Source of the DNA: Eledone cirrhosa
Taxonomy: Eukaryota
Reading direction: 5' to 3'
Assembly (NCBI GenBank): GCA_964016885.1
Contig: OZ024741.1
Coordinates: 373,612,001 to 373,676,000 of the forward strand
DNA length: 64,000 bases
The translations under genes were made by a program, and so were the position numbers. How positions within the stretch are numbered: the stretch's first letter is position 1; each line of letters opens with the position of its first letter. Below, piece by piece: positions 61,690 to 64,000 of the stretch. The notes beneath the pieces are model-generated. The model worked only from the letters and a program-made list of their open reading frames with translations, was not told the DNA's origin and did not search any database.

Positions 61690-61860
61690 GTGGACTACAC
61701 ATTGAAAACATGCTCTGTCGTAGAGATCAGCTGCCCACTTGATGTCAACGTTGTAAAAAAAATACAAGAGAAGGAGGACATCTACGGACCATTGATGAGG
61801 AGTTTTCAGATCCAGTATCCAAGATACACCTTCAGCTTCATACCCATCATTATTGGACTA
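61690..61860 (+). mobile_element. Restriction-like endonuclease (RLE) fragment of an R4/NeSL/HERO-type non-LTR element
   Basis: Frame absent from the ORF track: VDYTLKTCSVVEISCPLDVNVVKKIQEKEDIYGPL...FIPIIIGL. Confidence 0.7.
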
Positions 61861-61862
61861 TA

Positions 61863-62051
61863 GGGCAGTGGATTAGCAGTATAGGTAGAGGGTCGGACGC
61901 CATGCTTTCCAGCATAGTTACGTCCCTTTATGATCTGAGTTCAAATCCCGCCGAGGTTGACTTTGCCTTTCATCCTTACGGGGTCGATAAAATAAAGTAC
62001 CAGTAATGCACTGGGTAATTGCTGGCCTTGTGCCTAAAGTAGAAACAATTA
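61863..62051 (+). mobile_element. Young full-length SINE
   Basis: Family consensus from head to tail. Confidence 0.92.
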
Positions 62052-62087
62052 TAGTTAAGATTGAACTAAACGTAAAAGATATTATGA

Positions 62088-62262
62088 ATTGGCAGTATAG
62101 GTAGAGGGTCGGACGCCATGCTTTCCAGCATAATTCCGTCCCTTTACGGTCTGAGTTCAAATCCCGTCGAGGTTAACTTTGCCTTTCATCCTTACCGGGT
62201 CGATAAAATAAAGTACCAGTAATGAAATGGGTAATTGCTGGCCTTGTGCCAAAAATAGAAAC

Positions 62263-62266
<4 letters not shown>
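62088..62266 (+). mobile_element. Young SINE
   Basis: Tandem neighbour of the 61863 copy. Confidence 0.92.
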
Positions 62267-62301
<35 letters not shown>

Positions 62302-62470
62302 CAAAAGGGATATTTACTTTGTTGGTAATTCAACAAATATATATATGTTTATAACTGATTCGAAGCACTCGACAAGTTTTCTGGAGTATAATATCAATGA
62401 TATCCAGGAAAAACTTGAACCGTTAATATCTTCTTCCTGGATATGTCAATATTTATAAAACAAACTTTGT

Positions 62471-62529
62471 ATTTTATCTGATGAGAGCGTACCAAAGTTT
62501 TGGTACCCTTGAAATATATATAATAGAAT
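62471..62529 (+). ncRNA. Type I hammerhead ribozyme with intact core
   Basis: ATTTTAT-CTGATGA-gagcgtaccaaa-gt-tttggtaccctt-GAAA-tatata-TA-ATAGAAT: 7-bp stem I, long stem II, palindromic stem III, then aataaa. Confidence 0.8.
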
Positions 62530-62622
62530 AAATATGGTTTTATAAATATAGTTTCATTTATTTAATATCATTGATATATATATGTAATGAGAGGCACAGG
62601 CAGACATATATTATATATATTA

Positions 62623-63573
62623 CTAGCAGTAAAGCCCGGCGTTGCTCGGGGTCGCTCAGTAGCTGTGTTAAAGTTACAATGTTAAGTTTCTTTCTTGGCT
62701 TAAAAACTGTAGTGTCTACTGTGCAGACTTGCATGTGGTGTTTTTGATTAATATTCCCTCAACCAACAATATGCCTTATGAAGTTAAGAAAACATAACGA
62801 TAACCCGAATGTTATAACAAAAGAGGATGCTGGGGATAGAAACTGCACTGGTTATTTATTAACAAAGATCGAAAATGTAAACACTGCAACGCAGAGAAAA
62901 ACATTAGCGTAACCAAATTATCAGTTATGTCTGTCTGCACGCCTATATCACCTCTCTGCACGACTGTCTGTCTGCACGCCTATATCACCTCTCTGCACGA
63001 CTGTCTGTCTGCACGCCTATATCACCTCTCTGCACGACTATCTGTCTGCACGCCTATATCACCTCTCTGCACGACTATCTGTCTGCACGCGTATATCACC
63101 TCTCTGCACGACTGTCTGTCTGCACGACTGTCTGCACGCCTAACGACGAAATATTTGCTTGTTTTACGTAGTCTTTAAATAGACTTGTTTTCAAGTAAAA
63201 ATATTGTTTTAAAATGCTTTTAAATGGAAATGAAGCAAAACGGAAGCTTAGTGTTCGAACTGATGAATTTTGCAGGTCAATATTTTGCTATGTCATTTTA
63301 AACGCTGAGAAAGCCAGCGTAATTTTTTACGTAAGACGCTCAATGTAAACAGAACAAAGGGAAATAACTGATAACTTACGCTCAAAAATCGATACATTAT
63401 ATTCGATTTCGTCACATAGGGTGGGTCAATTTGAAATATTTTTTTCCGATGTCTTCGCTAGGGCTCAATGTACAAGTATAGCAATTTCGGTGCAATTCCG
63501 TGAGAGATTCTAAGAGGAGATGTGTGCCAAAAATCGGTAGACAGACAGACAACCACAGTTTTATATATATAGA
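62623..63573 (-). mobile_element. Non-autonomous Helitron, copy 1 (951 bp)
   Basis: Minus strand: 5' TC, subterminal hairpin cccg-agcaacgc-cggg, 3' CTAG followed by T. Confidence 0.88.
62929..63140. repeat. 37-bp minisatellite internal to the Helitron
   Basis: Unit tctgtctgcacgcctatatcacctctctgcacgactg, about 5.5 copies. Repeated again from about 63880. Confidence 0.92.
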
Positions 63574-64000
63574 CTAGCAGTAAAGCCCGGCGTTGCTCGG
63601 GGTCGCTCAGTAGCTGTGTTAAAGTTACAATGTTAAGTTTCTTTTTTGGCTTAAAAACTGTAGTGTCTACTGTGCAGACTTGCATGTGGTGTTTTTGATT
63701 AATATTCCCTCAACCAACAATATGCCTTATGAAGTTAAGAAAACATAACGATAACCCGAATGTTATAACAAAAGAGGATGCTGGGGATAGAAACTGCACT
63801 GGTTATTTATTAACAAAGATCGAAAATGTAAACACTGCAACGCAGAGAAAAACATTAGCGTAACCAAAGTATCAGTTATGTCTGTCTGCACGCCTATATC
63901 ACCTCTCTGCACGACTGTCTGTCTGCACGTTTATATCACCTCTCTGCACGACTGTCTGTCTGCACGCCTATATCACCTCTCTGCACGACTGTCTGTCTGC
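63574..64000 (-). mobile_element. Non-autonomous Helitron, copy 2, running off the window
   Basis: Almost identical to copy 1 and joined directly to it. Confidence 0.88.

Overview
Eukaryotic, AT-rich, repeat-saturated DNA with no prokaryotic features. The tRNA-derived SINEs, RTE LINE remnants and abundant microsatellites resemble an octopod/cephalopod genome (inference, not verified). Almost all ORFs in the track are artefacts of microsatellites, satellites or decayed retroelements. The window holds about 20 SINE copies, many RTE fragments, CRE-clade and other RLE-type non-LTR remnants, pogo/piggyBac/hAT MITEs, a head-to-tail Helitron dimer, a 7.1 kb 24-bp satellite with higher-order structure, and several minisatellites that arose inside transposons. 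The most striking signal is a set of short non-coding elements in or beside (TA)n tracts. They carry type I hammerhead-ribozyme folds (about nine motifs, from intact to partial), and three of them sit inside inverted-repeat foldbacks, as expected for non-autonomous Penelope-like elements or retrozymes. There is also a candidate minus-strand gene start at 48.8 kb, a strong recursive-splice-like site (branch point, pyrimidine tract, CAG|GTAAGT) at 34.56 kb, and an apparently CpG-depleted domain at about 10-44 kb. All coordinates were read by eye and element ends are approximate.
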